Shown here: piece after piece, positions 44,455 to 52,283 of the stretch | Layout of the letters: each line of letters starts with the position of its first letter | Numbering within the stretch: the first letter of the stretch is position 1 | Translations under genes and position numbers: made by a program | Notes under the pieces: generated by a model | The model's database searches: none | Seen by the model: the letters and a program-made list of their open reading frames with translations, nothing else | Told to the model about the DNA's origin: nothing | Origin: a virus | Length of the DNA: 64,000 bases | Strand: one strand, 5' to 3' | Virus record (IMG/VR): IMGVR_UViG_3300043478_000034

Positions 44455-44923
44455 CGGCGTTGACCATGCGGATGTTGACACTGTCGCTAGTAGACGTCTT
44501 AACCACTTGAGTCAGGGTCAGCTTACCTGTCTCCTCGTCAACGACCTGCACTTCATAATCCAATATGTTGTCGATCTTGGCAGGCTGTATCCCATGGGCT
44601 AACATGGACACCTTGAGCGCGGCGAGGTTGACCGTGGTACGAGTGGCCCCACCAAGGACCGCACGCCAGACCTTACCTTCTGGTAGTCGGGAGTCAGTGA
44701 CGTGTATCTGGACCCCATCCTCCATGCGTGCCATGTGCGAGTAGATGACCGGGTTGATCTTGGCAATGAGACCAAGTGCCACTTTCTCCTGGGCTTTGTA
44801 GCCCTGGCGCTCACGGATGAGTGACTCCATTTCCTTGGCTGTGGCTAATGCGACCTTGGGTTGGGCTAGTACCTCCAGGGTGCGGACAGGTTCTTCTGTG
44901 ATGAATGGCTTTTTGTTGGCCAT
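44450..44923 (-). CDS. hypothetical protein
   Basis: 157-aa ORF. The ATG is preceded by AAAGGAGAAACCAATCAC. Its TAG stop lies inside a palindrome copy. Confidence 0.65.
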   Translation of the reverse strand: MANKKPFITEEPVRTLEVLAQPKVALATAKEMESLIRERQGYKAQEKVALGLIAKINPVIYSHMARMEDGVQIHVTDSRLPEGKVWRAVLGGATRTTVNLAALKVSMLAHGIQPAKIDNILDYEVQVVDEETGKLTLTQVVKTSTSDSVNIRMVNAG

Positions 44924-44959
44924 GTGATTGGTTTCTCCTTTAGAATGAACTACTTAACT

Positions 44960-45262
44960 CTAGTCTACCATGTCGTCAAACGCCGCCGCATCTACCTCGT
45001 CGGCAGCGGCAACGGCGTCATGGATACGTTTGCGCTCCGCATCTATCCCCGCCTGTATCCCTATCTCAAAGAACGTATGCAGTACAGCGAACAGGTCGGT
45101 CTTGTTCTTGGAGTCCGCCATCCTGAGCATAACGTCCATGAGGTACAACTCCAGGCCCATGGTTACCTTGACGTAGGTGGCCTTGGTCATGTCGGCCCGG
45201 TTGATGGACGCCTGCTTGATGTCGGCCATTGTGATTACTATGTCATCGGTTGTTCCAGTCAT
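44960..45262 (-). CDS. hypothetical protein
   Basis: 100-aa ORF with an ATGA overlap to the upstream gene. Confidence 0.55.
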   Translation of the reverse strand: MTGTTDDIVITMADIKQASINRADMTKATYVKVTMGLELYLMDVMLRMADSKNKTDLFAVLHTFFEIGIQAGIDAERKRIHDAVAAADEVDAAAFDDMVD

Positions 45263-45603
45263 TGTTTCTCGCTTTCTACTAACTTAAACTTAATCCCCAA
45301 CCTGTTGGCAATCAGGCCCATGACCCGCAGGTTGACCAACTCCCCGTCTAGCATTCGAGATATGGTGGTCACGTGTACCCGTGTGAGGCGAGACAGTGAC
45401 GCTATTGACCCCATACGTTCCACTGCACGGGTGGCAAACTGGGCGACCTCCAGTGATAGCCAGCGTATCTCTATGTCATCCGGGTGGACGAGACGTGTAC
45501 CTATGGGGCGGCCCTTACGTGTTGGTGATGGTGGTGGTACGGTGCTACTGGCATTTACTGTGGCCACCATTTGGCGGATTGATCTACCGCGCGTTCCAGT
45601 CAT
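45259..45603 (-). CDS. HTH (XRE-like) DNA-binding protein
   Basis: 114 aa. HTH segment: SIASLSRLTRVHVTTISRMLDGELVNLRVMGLIANRLG. Confidence 0.6.
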   Translation of the reverse strand: MTGTRGRSIRQMVATVNASSTVPPPSPTRKGRPIGTRLVHPDDIEIRWLSLEVAQFATRAVERMGSIASLSRLTRVHVTTISRMLDGELVNLRVMGLIANRLGIKFKLVESEKQ

Positions 45604-47053
45604 ACTCTCTCACTTTCCATAGACTGTCTAAGTCCTTGCCTATCGTGTAGTACACCCGGCAGGTTGCGTCGGCGTCCCGGCAGGCGTACCATTTGGCGAG
45701 CACTGGGTCTACGTGTCGCAGTCCCCGTTGTGGCATGTCACTACCTACGTGATCCAACAGCCACTCCCGCCAGTACCATTGCTTCTTCTTTGTCTCTATC
45801 GCGGCCTGTGTCGCTGCCGCCGGTAGTTCCTCCTTGTGTTCTCGCCAGCGTTTCCATGGGTCGTACTTGGGATTCGTGGTCATGGATCGCAGTATCCCAT
45901 CGAGTACTGCCACCATGGGGTTCTCACTTCTCTTAGGCTTCAAGTACTTGCCGGTCTTGTCGCTGATCCGGTTAGTGACTAACTGCGGCAGGTGATCAAC
46001 TACCTCCACTATCCACTCCTTGACTTTGCGTTTACTAGCTTGGTTGGTTACCTCCATGTATGACTGCATCTTCATGCCGCAATGCCTGCGTGCCAGTGGC
46101 TTGAGACCTTGTGACATCGCACGCCTGTAGGCGATCTGCATTGTATCTGTTACCTTGGCCCAGTCCACGTGTATGCCCAGTGCTCTAAATGCCGCCACCT
46201 CGACGATAGCATTTTGCATCACCAGCACCTTGCACTCGTTGAGTAGCCTTTGCAAATACCTCCTCTTGCTGTCAATGCGTTGGGTCGAGTCCCCATGCTC
46301 CTGGACCATCACCCCCACCCCCGGCACCTGGGTGAATTGCCATGAGTACAATGCCCCATACTCGCTCTCACTGTCGATGAACACCGGGCGATTCCCCTTG
46401 TGCCCACCGTCCCAATCCTCTAGATATACATACTCCTCCTCACCGGCCCACTCATCGACCGGCTCACTATACCTACCGGCCAACCACTTGCCGACATTGC
46501 TAAACCCCTCCTCGATGGCGTCGATACGATTCGACACATGCAACCCCAGTGCCGGGTGATAGGTGGGCATGATGTCATACGGCCCCCTGCCCAGTATCGT
46601 CCCGTGGTAATGCCGCCCATGATCACTCTCCAGGTCTACGGGGTTGCCGTCCACTATACTAGATGCAGTGCCGCCCATAAGTACGACCAACCTGGGTGAC
46701 AGGCGGTCTAACTCACGCGCCAGGAAGTGCATCGAGCACGCACCTATTTCCTTCACGTTGGGGGTGCGGTTCGACGGTGGGCGGCACTTACACACGTTAG
46801 TGATGTATACCTCGTCACGGGTCAACTTGGCCAGGGGCAGGTAGTGGTTATCTAGTTCCATACCTGCATTCCCCTGGAATGGCTCGTCCCGCTCCTGCCC
46901 ACCGGGGGCCTCGCCAACGAGTACGACATCTGCATCGGCTGGCCCACAGGGCGGGACGACGTGACTGTACTGGCTGGGGTCGAGGCTAGCGATGCATTGA
47001 CTGCAACGTGCGCCCACCCCCCTGGTTAGATACGGCCAAAAGTCTACCGCCAT
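45584..47053 (-). CDS. uracil-DNA glycosylase (family 4-like) fused to a 3'-5' exonuclease domain (N-terminal part of a split PolA)
   Basis: 489 aa. UDG segments VLVGEAPGGQE...FQGNAG and YHPALGL. DnaQ-like Exo I segment VFIDSESEYG. One in-frame palindrome copy. Confidence 0.75.
   Translation of the reverse strand: MAVDFWPYLTRGVGARCSQCIASLDPSQYSHVVPPCGPADADVVLVGEAPGGQERDEPFQGNAGMELDNHYLPLAKLTRDEVYITNVCKCRPPSNRTPNVKEIGACSMHFLARELDRLSPRLVVLMGGTASSIVDGNPVDLESDHGRHYHGTILGRGPYDIMPTYHPALGLHVSNRIDAIEEGFSNVGKWLAGRYSEPVDEWAGEEEYVYLEDWDGGHKGNRPVFIDSESEYGALYSWQFTQVPGVGVMVQEHGDSTQRIDSKRRYLQRLLNECKVLVMQNAIVEVAAFRALGIHVDWAKVTDTMQIAYRRAMSQGLKPLARRHCGMKMQSYMEVTNQASKRKVKEWIVEVVDHLPQLVTNRISDKTGKYLKPKRSENPMVAVLDGILRSMTTNPKYDPWKRWREHKEELPAAATQAAIETKKKQWYWREWLLDHVGSDMPQRGLRHVDPVLAKWYACRDADATCRVYYTIGKDLDSLWKVREYDWNAR
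45971..45983. repeat. GTTAGTNACTAAC palindrome, copy 30/42 (centre G)
   Basis: In frame (LVTN) in the UDG-exonuclease gene. Confidence 0.95.
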
Positions 47054-47056
47054 GGT

Positions 47057-47278
47057 CTACTCGATGGTACTGTCGTAGTTGGCCATGGACCGGCGGCATT
47101 CCGGCAGGGTGTCGAACGGCCCGTAGCCATCCTCGCCGGTGTAGTCCCAGAACCAGTACTTGCCGTTGACGTCCATGGAGATGCCGGTCTCCCCCTCGAC
47201 AGAGTGGTGCTCGTCAAATAGATCCTCTGTCACGCGCATATTACTAATCCAGTCTTGATTGCTGCGTTCCATATCCAT
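47057..47278 (-). CDS. hypothetical acidic protein
   Basis: Track ORF 47057..47407 trimmed to ATG 47278 (GCGAGG SD; TAATG overlap with the upstream micro-ORF). 73 aa. Confidence 0.45.
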   Translation of the reverse strand: MDMERSNQDWISNMRVTEDLFDEHHSVEGETGISMDVNGKYWFWDYTGEDGYGPFDTLPECRRSMANYDSTIE

Positions 47279-47442
47279 TACCTCGCACCATGTATGTTGA
47301 TGGCCTTGTGTACTTCCCACAGCAGGGGCATGAGATAGGTGGTCAATGCCGTGATCCATAGCAGGTGGATAACGATGTCGGCGAGGCCCTTGATCCAGGC
47401 GTACCACAACAGCTTGTTGTCGGCCAGCTTGTTATCAGTCAT
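47278..47442 (-). CDS. 54-aa membrane micro-ORF
   Basis: Hand-translated: MTDNKLADNKLLWYAWIKGLADIVIHLLWITALTTYLMPLLWEVHKAINIHGAR. Its first codons overlap the TGA stop of 47435..47815 (ATGACTGA). Confidence 0.35.
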   Translation of the reverse strand: MTDNKLADNKLLWYAWIKGLADIVIHLLWITALTTYLMPLLWEVHKAINIHGAR

Positions 47443-47815
47443 TGTCGATGATCGTCCTTTCGGTCATCACGATGGCCTTGTTCAATAGCTTGAGTACGTC
47501 GGCCAGCACCACCGTTTCGCCGCCCTCCTCCAGCCGCCGGTGCCAGTCGTGGAGATTACCTTTCAATCCCAGCGACCGGCACATGTAACTGCACACTGCG
47601 TATAACTCATTGGGATCGTCGAGGCCCCACTCCAGGGCGCCAATGAGACTGTAGCGTTGCGCCTCTGTGATCGCACAGGGCAGGCCCCGGTTGTTCAGGT
47701 TGAAGGTGGTGCGGGACCACTTGCCCGGTTTACTGAGCAGGCGTCTCGCATTCACCATCACCTCTAACCATCGGCTATGTGCGGTAACCAATTGTTTCGT
47801 TGTCATTGTTGTCAT
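47435..47815 (-). CDS. hypothetical protein
   Basis: 126-aa ORF. The ATG is preceded by GAAGGAGAACAGAACA. Confidence 0.6.
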   Translation of the reverse strand: MTTMTTKQLVTAHSRWLEVMVNARRLLSKPGKWSRTTFNLNNRGLPCAITEAQRYSLIGALEWGLDDPNELYAVCSYMCRSLGLKGNLHDWHRRLEEGGETVVLADVLKLLNKAIVMTERTIIDND

Positions 47816-47831
47816 TGTTCTGTTCTCCTTC

Positions 47832-47845
47832 GTCCCCAGGGGGAC
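47832..47845. repeat. GTCCCCAGGGGGAC hairpin-forming 14-mer (copy 2 of 2)
   Basis: It lies between palindrome copy 47850 and the SD of 47435..47815. Confidence 0.5.
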
Positions 47846-47849
47846 ATGT

Positions 47850-47862
47850 GTTAGTGACTAAC
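47850..47862. repeat. GTTAGTNACTAAC palindrome, copy 31/42 (centre G)
   Basis: 9 nt after the stop of 47872..48321. 34 nt before ATG 47815. Confidence 0.95.
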
Positions 47863-47871
47863 TGTCGCCCA

Positions 47872-48321
47872 CTACTCGGGGTTGTGGAATGATCGCACGT
47901 TCTCAGTCAGGTGACGGTACCGCCCCTTGGTCTTGCCATTACTGCCCTTGTTGGGGTTGACGCGGTGCGGTTTACTTCCCAGCCGTTCCAACCCAGTCGG
48001 CTTGGAGAGGTGGTAGGAACCAGGGGCGAACTCGCCATTGCGGTCGTAGATGATGATCTCGTTACGGGTACTCTGCGGCACCATGTACCGTATGGCCTCG
48101 TCATCTTTGGTGATGAGGTACGCCACGGACAGTGCAACGATAATGCCTTTGACTTGGTACTCACGTTTACATGCCACTGCCAATGCACATGTGGGGTGCT
48201 TGCGCCGCTGGGCATTGGCTATGTCCTTGTCGCCTACGTTGATCTCAATGTCCTTGGACCCATCAGTCAGGGTCTTGACATTGGGATAGAATTGCTGAAC
48301 CAGTGACAATGCGGTTGCCAT
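47872..48321 (-). CDS. hypothetical protein
   Basis: 149-aa ORF. Start context: palindrome, AAAGGAGAATAACAACT, ATG. Confidence 0.6.
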   Translation of the reverse strand: MATALSLVQQFYPNVKTLTDGSKDIEINVGDKDIANAQRRKHPTCALAVACKREYQVKGIIVALSVAYLITKDDEAIRYMVPQSTRNEIIIYDRNGEFAPGSYHLSKPTGLERLGSKPHRVNPNKGSNGKTKGRYRHLTENVRSFHNPE

Positions 48322-48338
48322 AGTTGTTATTCTCCTTT

Positions 48339-48351
48339 GTTAGTCACTAAC
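48339..48351. repeat. GTTAGTNACTAAC palindrome, copy 32/42 (centre C)
   Basis: 4 nt from the 3' end of the tRNA-like RNA. 17 nt before ATG 48321. Confidence 0.95.
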
Positions 48352-48355
48352 ATTT

Positions 48356-48481
48356 GCGTACCCAGGTGGGAGTTGAACCCACACCCCCTGCCGGTATCGC
48401 AGGGCCTAGGACCAGAGGGTTCGCGGTTCGCTACCGCCGCCTTACGTTTCGGGCGTCTTCCAGTTTCGCCACTGGGTACGC
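48356..48481 (-). ncRNA. tRNA-like structured RNA, 126 nt, no recognisable anticodon arm
   Basis: On the minus strand, GCGTACCCAG pairs with CTGGGTACGC as a 10-bp terminal helix. The canonical T-arm GTGGG-TTCAACT-CCCAC abuts the 3' strand. UG followed by GCG-AAACTGGAAGA-CGC is a tRNA-Leu-like D-arm. Three further hairpins are GCGGT/ACCGC, CCT-CTGGTCCT-AGG and CCCTGC-GATACCG-GCAGGG. No 7-nt loop with U33 was found. Confidence 0.55.
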
Positions 48482-48492
48482 AATCTCAAGAT

Positions 48493-49305
48493 CTACCGTT
48501 CTCGTAACCACTTATGTATAACCCGCGCCCTCCACTTTTGCTTGGCCGGGAGTACCGTTTCCCATGACTCGATGCTGGCGTTGACCATCTCGTATGGCGT
48601 GTCGAACCCATGCTCTGTGTAACTCGCCAAGCTACCTAGCCCATCGATCTGCGCGGCCATGCGCCAACACTTACCGGGGGTCATGAACCGTGGGCCACCG
48701 GTTGGCGTAACCTTCTCCATCTTGGCCCCCACTATGCCATCGACCCCTAGTGCGTCATGCTCCTTCCACGACTTCCACTCCAGCCTGCACGCCTGGGCCA
48801 GCAGTGCGGCGCTCTCGTCCTTGGACATGGACCGCCATACCTGGAACCCTGCAATATACTGCAACTCCCACAGGAACCCCGACAGTTCACTAAACGTGGG
48901 TGGCCGTGCCGTCCCGGTCAAGGGCACTTGGTACCGCCCCTCGGTGGTGAACCTCGCCCCTGGTTTTGTCCAAGGCTTACCACGTACCACTGCGAGACCC
49001 TTTGGCCCAAGTCCCCAGTCGCCCTCGATAAGCAGGATATTGCGGTCCCCGTATTCGAGCATTCCGACGACCTGCTCAAGAAGGCGTCCATCCCGTTTGC
49101 TTGTGAGGAAATCACTGAAGGTCTTATATTCACATAGCGTCTTGACTGTTGATCCATCGCGTAACCTACTCCTCCACATGAAGTCCCCCGCTGGGAGTTG
49201 CGGCACCTGTATGACATTGCATGTGTTCTCCAACAGGGGGACGAGAGTTTTACTACCCTCTCGCATGTCAACCCTGATCGTCGGCAGGTCGAGCGTCATG
49301 CCCAT
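48493..49305 (-). CDS. ERCC4-type (XPF/Mus81/Hef-like) nuclease
   Basis: Track ORF 48493..49443 trimmed to ATG 49305 (TGGAGGGAACCT SD). Motif segments VDMRE, LPAGDFMW, CEYKTFSDFLTS and DGRLLEQ match the ERCC4 GDxn-ERKxxxD pattern. Confidence 0.6.
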   Translation of the reverse strand: MGMTLDLPTIRVDMREGSKTLVPLLENTCNVIQVPQLPAGDFMWRSRLRDGSTVKTLCEYKTFSDFLTSKRDGRLLEQVVGMLEYGDRNILLIEGDWGLGPKGLAVVRGKPWTKPGARFTTEGRYQVPLTGTARPPTFSELSGFLWELQYIAGFQVWRSMSKDESAALLAQACRLEWKSWKEHDALGVDGIVGAKMEKVTPTGGPRFMTPGKCWRMAAQIDGLGSLASYTEHGFDTPYEMVNASIESWETVLPAKQKWRARVIHKWLRER

Positions 49306-49714
49306 AGGTTCCCTCCAGGTATGGTTGACGCACGATGGCCTGGATCTTGGCCAACTGGTCGGTGAGGTCCATGCGCTTGAGCTTGAGATCCTCCAGGTGT
49401 GGGGTGTCCTGCATGGTGACAAGGCATTCCATGCACAGCACATTCAATTCCCGCACAATGCTCAACAGTGGCGGGGGCAACAGTATCGTGGAGATCAACT
49501 TGCGTACTGCGGTGTCCTCGGCCTTGCGTACCAACTCCCTGCCCATCTTGTCATGCATGAGCAGCGCATCGGCGTGGACAGTGACCTTGGTCTTAAGTGT
49601 CGCGGTCACCTCCAGGCTGTGGTCGGGTTTCTCCACGGTGTACATGTGTATAATACCTGCGGGGGTTTCGATGAGCCGTTCGGCCAGTGGCCTATTCAAC
49701 CCTTGGGTCAACAT
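49268..49714 (-). CDS. hypothetical protein
   Basis: 148-aa ORF with a GAGAGGA SD. It overlaps both neighbouring genes. Confidence 0.5.
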   Translation of the reverse strand: MLTQGLNRPLAERLIETPAGIIHMYTVEKPDHSLEVTATLKTKVTVHADALLMHDKMGRELVRKAEDTAVRKLISTILLPPPLLSIVRELNVLCMECLVTMQDTPHLEDLKLKRMDLTDQLAKIQAIVRQPYLEGTYGHDARPADDQG

Positions 49715-50180
49715 TTAGTCTGTAGTCCTCTCGTCCGTAGCGTTGGTAGTAGTAGTATTCCATCATGGCGTTGTAGGCAATGGCCAACAGGTGCGCCTCC
49801 ATGGTTTGAAAGTGGTCATGCTTCTCGCCGGTGATGTACTGCTTGAGATGCGCCGCCATGTGGTTGACAGGACTCTTCTCACCGGCGAGGCGGGAGTCGG
49901 CGTATTGTTGGACACTGCCGTACTTGACACTGGCGTAGGCGGCAATGCGTGCCATGCCGTGGATGAAGTCCCAATTAAGCTGGTGGTAGATGTAGTCAAC
50001 CGGGACACGTTTCGCCTCCACCGGCTGGTGGTCTACCACGCCTGTATCCACCACCCCCCACGTCCCCTCGCACATGTCCTCGTCATTAGGGGCGAGGTGG
50101 TCGCGGTATAGTAGCTGGCCCTCCTTCTCGACACAGGCTACTATCGTCTTGCATACGTGGCACGCAGCCATCTTGGTCAT
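49692..50180 (-). CDS. dATP/dGTP diphosphohydrolase-like (MazG-related) protein
   Basis: Track ORF trimmed to ATG 50180 (TGGAGAACCACCGC). FIHGMARIAAYASVKYG...NHMAAHLKQYITGEKHDHFQTMEAHLLAIAYNAMM resembles the phage dNTP pyrophosphohydrolase N-terminal domain (from memory). Confidence 0.5.
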   Translation of the reverse strand: MTKMAACHVCKTIVACVEKEGQLLYRDHLAPNDEDMCEGTWGVVDTGVVDHQPVEAKRVPVDYIYHQLNWDFIHGMARIAAYASVKYGSVQQYADSRLAGEKSPVNHMAAHLKQYITGEKHDHFQTMEAHLLAIAYNAMMEYYYYQRYGREDYRLNVDPRVE

Positions 50181-50536
50181 GCGGTGGTTCTCCAGGTTAC
50201 GTCGATCATTCCTCTCTCCTTCATCTTGGTGTATACTCCTTTGACTAGCTCTCTCGTACAACCGACGGCGTCGGCGATGTCGGACTGTGACATATACCCC
50301 ACATCGCCGGGTTTCAAGTGGTGGTTAGTGACTAACAGTTGGTACGCCATGTCACTCTTGCTCCCTTTGAGGAACCCAATACGTGCCGGTCCCTTGGGGC
50401 GACGTTTGATGCCCTTCATCTTGAGCACCCGGTAGACGACACTGTAGCCTACGCCCAACTGCTTGGCAATTTGACCCACTGTCGGCTGCGCTGGGCCGTT
50501 GTACAGGTCAATGACTGTTGTGGCAAAGTTACTCAT
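50177..50536 (-). CDS. DNA-binding protein with two HTH-like segments
   Basis: Track ORF trimmed to ATG 50536. First segment PTVGQIAKQLGVGYSVVYRVLKMKGI. Second segment MSQSDIADAVGCTRELVKGVYTKMKERG. An in-frame palindrome copy lies between the two. Confidence 0.55.
   Translation of the reverse strand: MSNFATTVIDLYNGPAQPTVGQIAKQLGVGYSVVYRVLKMKGIKRRPKGPARIGFLKGSKSDMAYQLLVTNHHLKPGDVGYMSQSDIADAVGCTRELVKGVYTKMKERGMIDVTWRTTA
50324..50336. repeat. GTTAGTNACTAAC palindrome, copy 33/42 (centre G)
   Basis: In frame (LVTN), between the two HTH segments of 50177..50536. Confidence 0.95.
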
Positions 50537-51587
50537 CGTCAGCCAACTCTCTATCCCATACCCGCCTATATAGTTCCGGGAATGTAATCTCCTTGTTGAC
50601 AAAGACAGACCATTCCCGCTCACCTATGAGTAGATCGACGTTGTCCTTAGACTGCTGGAGGATGAGTAGGAAATCCCCCACCACGCAACTGTCCACGGAC
50701 CTTGGGTTGCGCTTACGTACCCGCTTCCAGAACTCACTGCCGCTGGTGGTGAAGCCGTCGAAGTGGTCCTCTAGTATGAAGTTGGCCCTGTCTACCATCA
50801 TGTTGTCGTTGCAGAACATGGACATCGCCTCGACCCGTACCGTGCCACCTAGTCCACTCCAGCCGCCACGTTTCAAGAACTGGGTCTCCACTGACTTGGT
50901 TTGCGATTGCCCGTCCCGCCCACGGCTACTGACGTCAACGTAACGTGACCCGGCCTCAGCCGTGATGATGGTATGTTTACCCGCGAGGTCCGGGGCCTGC
51001 ATGATGTCAGTGAGTATGCGATTCATCTCACCACGTTCACGTTGCATGACCTTCTCGATGCGGCCATGCTCGGCGAATGACGCCGACTGGTGGATCTTGT
51101 TGGCCCCGTCGATGAGTATGGTACGCACCCGGTCGTCCACGCATAGCTCGCCTATCGCCGACTGCACCCGCATCATGTGCTCCTTGTGGATTAGCTGGGT
51201 CGGGTCCTTCTCGCCACGTGCCACAGCGGCCTCGGCCTCCTTGATTAGCTGGCCAAGGCGAATGGGATTGAATAGTGGCGCACGTAGGTCCACCTTGGGT
51301 ACGAATATGCGGCGGGGTTTACCTTTCCATTCGCCGCGCCCATGCAGTGCCGCCATCACGGTATCCCTGCCATTGGGGTCCACCAGTATGGCACCAATGG
51401 CTTCCTCGGCGGTGAGTGCAATGCGGGTCTTGCCACTGCCGGTCAGTCCAGCAATGGCTAATTTCAGACGGGGCTTCTCATTGGGCATATCCTCCTGGTC
51501 ATCCCAGAAACCGGCTAGCCTCGCATCGCTCTGTTCCGCCGATGATCTTGAAAAGCCTTGCGTAGTGTTGCGCGTTCTTGTAGCCAT
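50529..51587 (-). CDS. RecA-like AAA ATPase (Sak4/AAA_24-like)
   Basis: 352 aa. Walker A LAIAGLTGSGKT. Walker B TILIDGANK. SD: AAGAGGAACTAATAAACGG. Confidence 0.65.
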   Translation of the reverse strand: MATRTRNTTQGFSRSSAEQSDARLAGFWDDQEDMPNEKPRLKLAIAGLTGSGKTRIALTAEEAIGAILVDPNGRDTVMAALHGRGEWKGKPRRIFVPKVDLRAPLFNPIRLGQLIKEAEAAVARGEKDPTQLIHKEHMMRVQSAIGELCVDDRVRTILIDGANKIHQSASFAEHGRIEKVMQRERGEMNRILTDIMQAPDLAGKHTIITAEAGSRYVDVSSRGRDGQSQTKSVETQFLKRGGWSGLGGTVRVEAMSMFCNDNMMVDRANFILEDHFDGFTTSGSEFWKRVRKRNPRSVDSCVVGDFLLILQQSKDNVDLLIGEREWSVFVNKEITFPELYRRVWDRELADDE

Positions 51588-52252
51588 CCGTTTATTAGTT
51601 CCTCTTGCATATCGAAGTCTGAGCGGTCGAACTCGATCCAGTGACGTTTCAATACCGGGACCCCTACGACATTTTTCTCATAATGCCCATTGACGTAGAC
51701 CACGGTGAGACGCCCACGAAATACTCCCATTGCCATGCAGTACGATTTCAACTGGGTTACCGCTAACCACCAGTCGGCGATTGACTTATTCGCACTGCGC
51801 CATGTGCATTTACACTCATCGAGACAAGGGACGCGCTTGCCATTTGGCAGGACAATGAGGTCACCTCTCTCGTTGGGCCATGCGTCCAGCTTGACGGCCC
51901 AGTCGGGGGAGAAGTAGACGGTTTCCCCGCAGTCGAACTCGTATGATTGTTCCGGTATACTATGGCCCTCGGGGGCGGTTGCTGGTAATATCATTGCCTC
52001 CCATGCCAACCCCATGAGTGGCCAGAGGGGCGCGGCCCAGGTACAGGTTACGCCCACTCCATTGCCCTCACTGCCGCTGGTCTCGCTCCACCCACTGGCG
52101 GGGCGTTCCCAGGGGTCGAGCACCCCGGCCTGTTCGCCAATGGCCTGGAGGACGGCTTTCATGTGCCACCCCCCAGAGCGTATGGCGTATGGCGTGTATG
52201 AGTAAGGGACAGGGTTAACTGTCGGTATTGTTTCTACTAGTACTACTTTCAT
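51515..52252 (-). CDS. PD-(D/E)XK nuclease, RecB/Cas4-like
   Basis: 245 aa. GDLIVL...LDECKC gives the D...ExK motif. QLKSY gives the QxxxY motif. A Cys cluster surrounds the active site. Confidence 0.6.
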   Translation of the reverse strand: MKVVLVETIPTVNPVPYSYTPYAIRSGGWHMKAVLQAIGEQAGVLDPWERPASGWSETSGSEGNGVGVTCTWAAPLWPLMGLAWEAMILPATAPEGHSIPEQSYEFDCGETVYFSPDWAVKLDAWPNERGDLIVLPNGKRVPCLDECKCTWRSANKSIADWWLAVTQLKSYCMAMGVFRGRLTVVYVNGHYEKNVVGVPVLKRHWIEFDRSDFDMQEELINGWLQERATLRKAFQDHRRNRAMRG

Positions 52253-52270
52253 CCTGTCCCTCAGCTTTCT

Positions 52271-52283
52271 GTTAGTGACTAAC
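52271..52283. repeat. GTTAGTNACTAAC palindrome, copy 34/42 (centre G)
   Basis: Overlaps the stop of 52283..53263 by 1 nt. 18 nt before ATG 52252. Confidence 0.95.
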
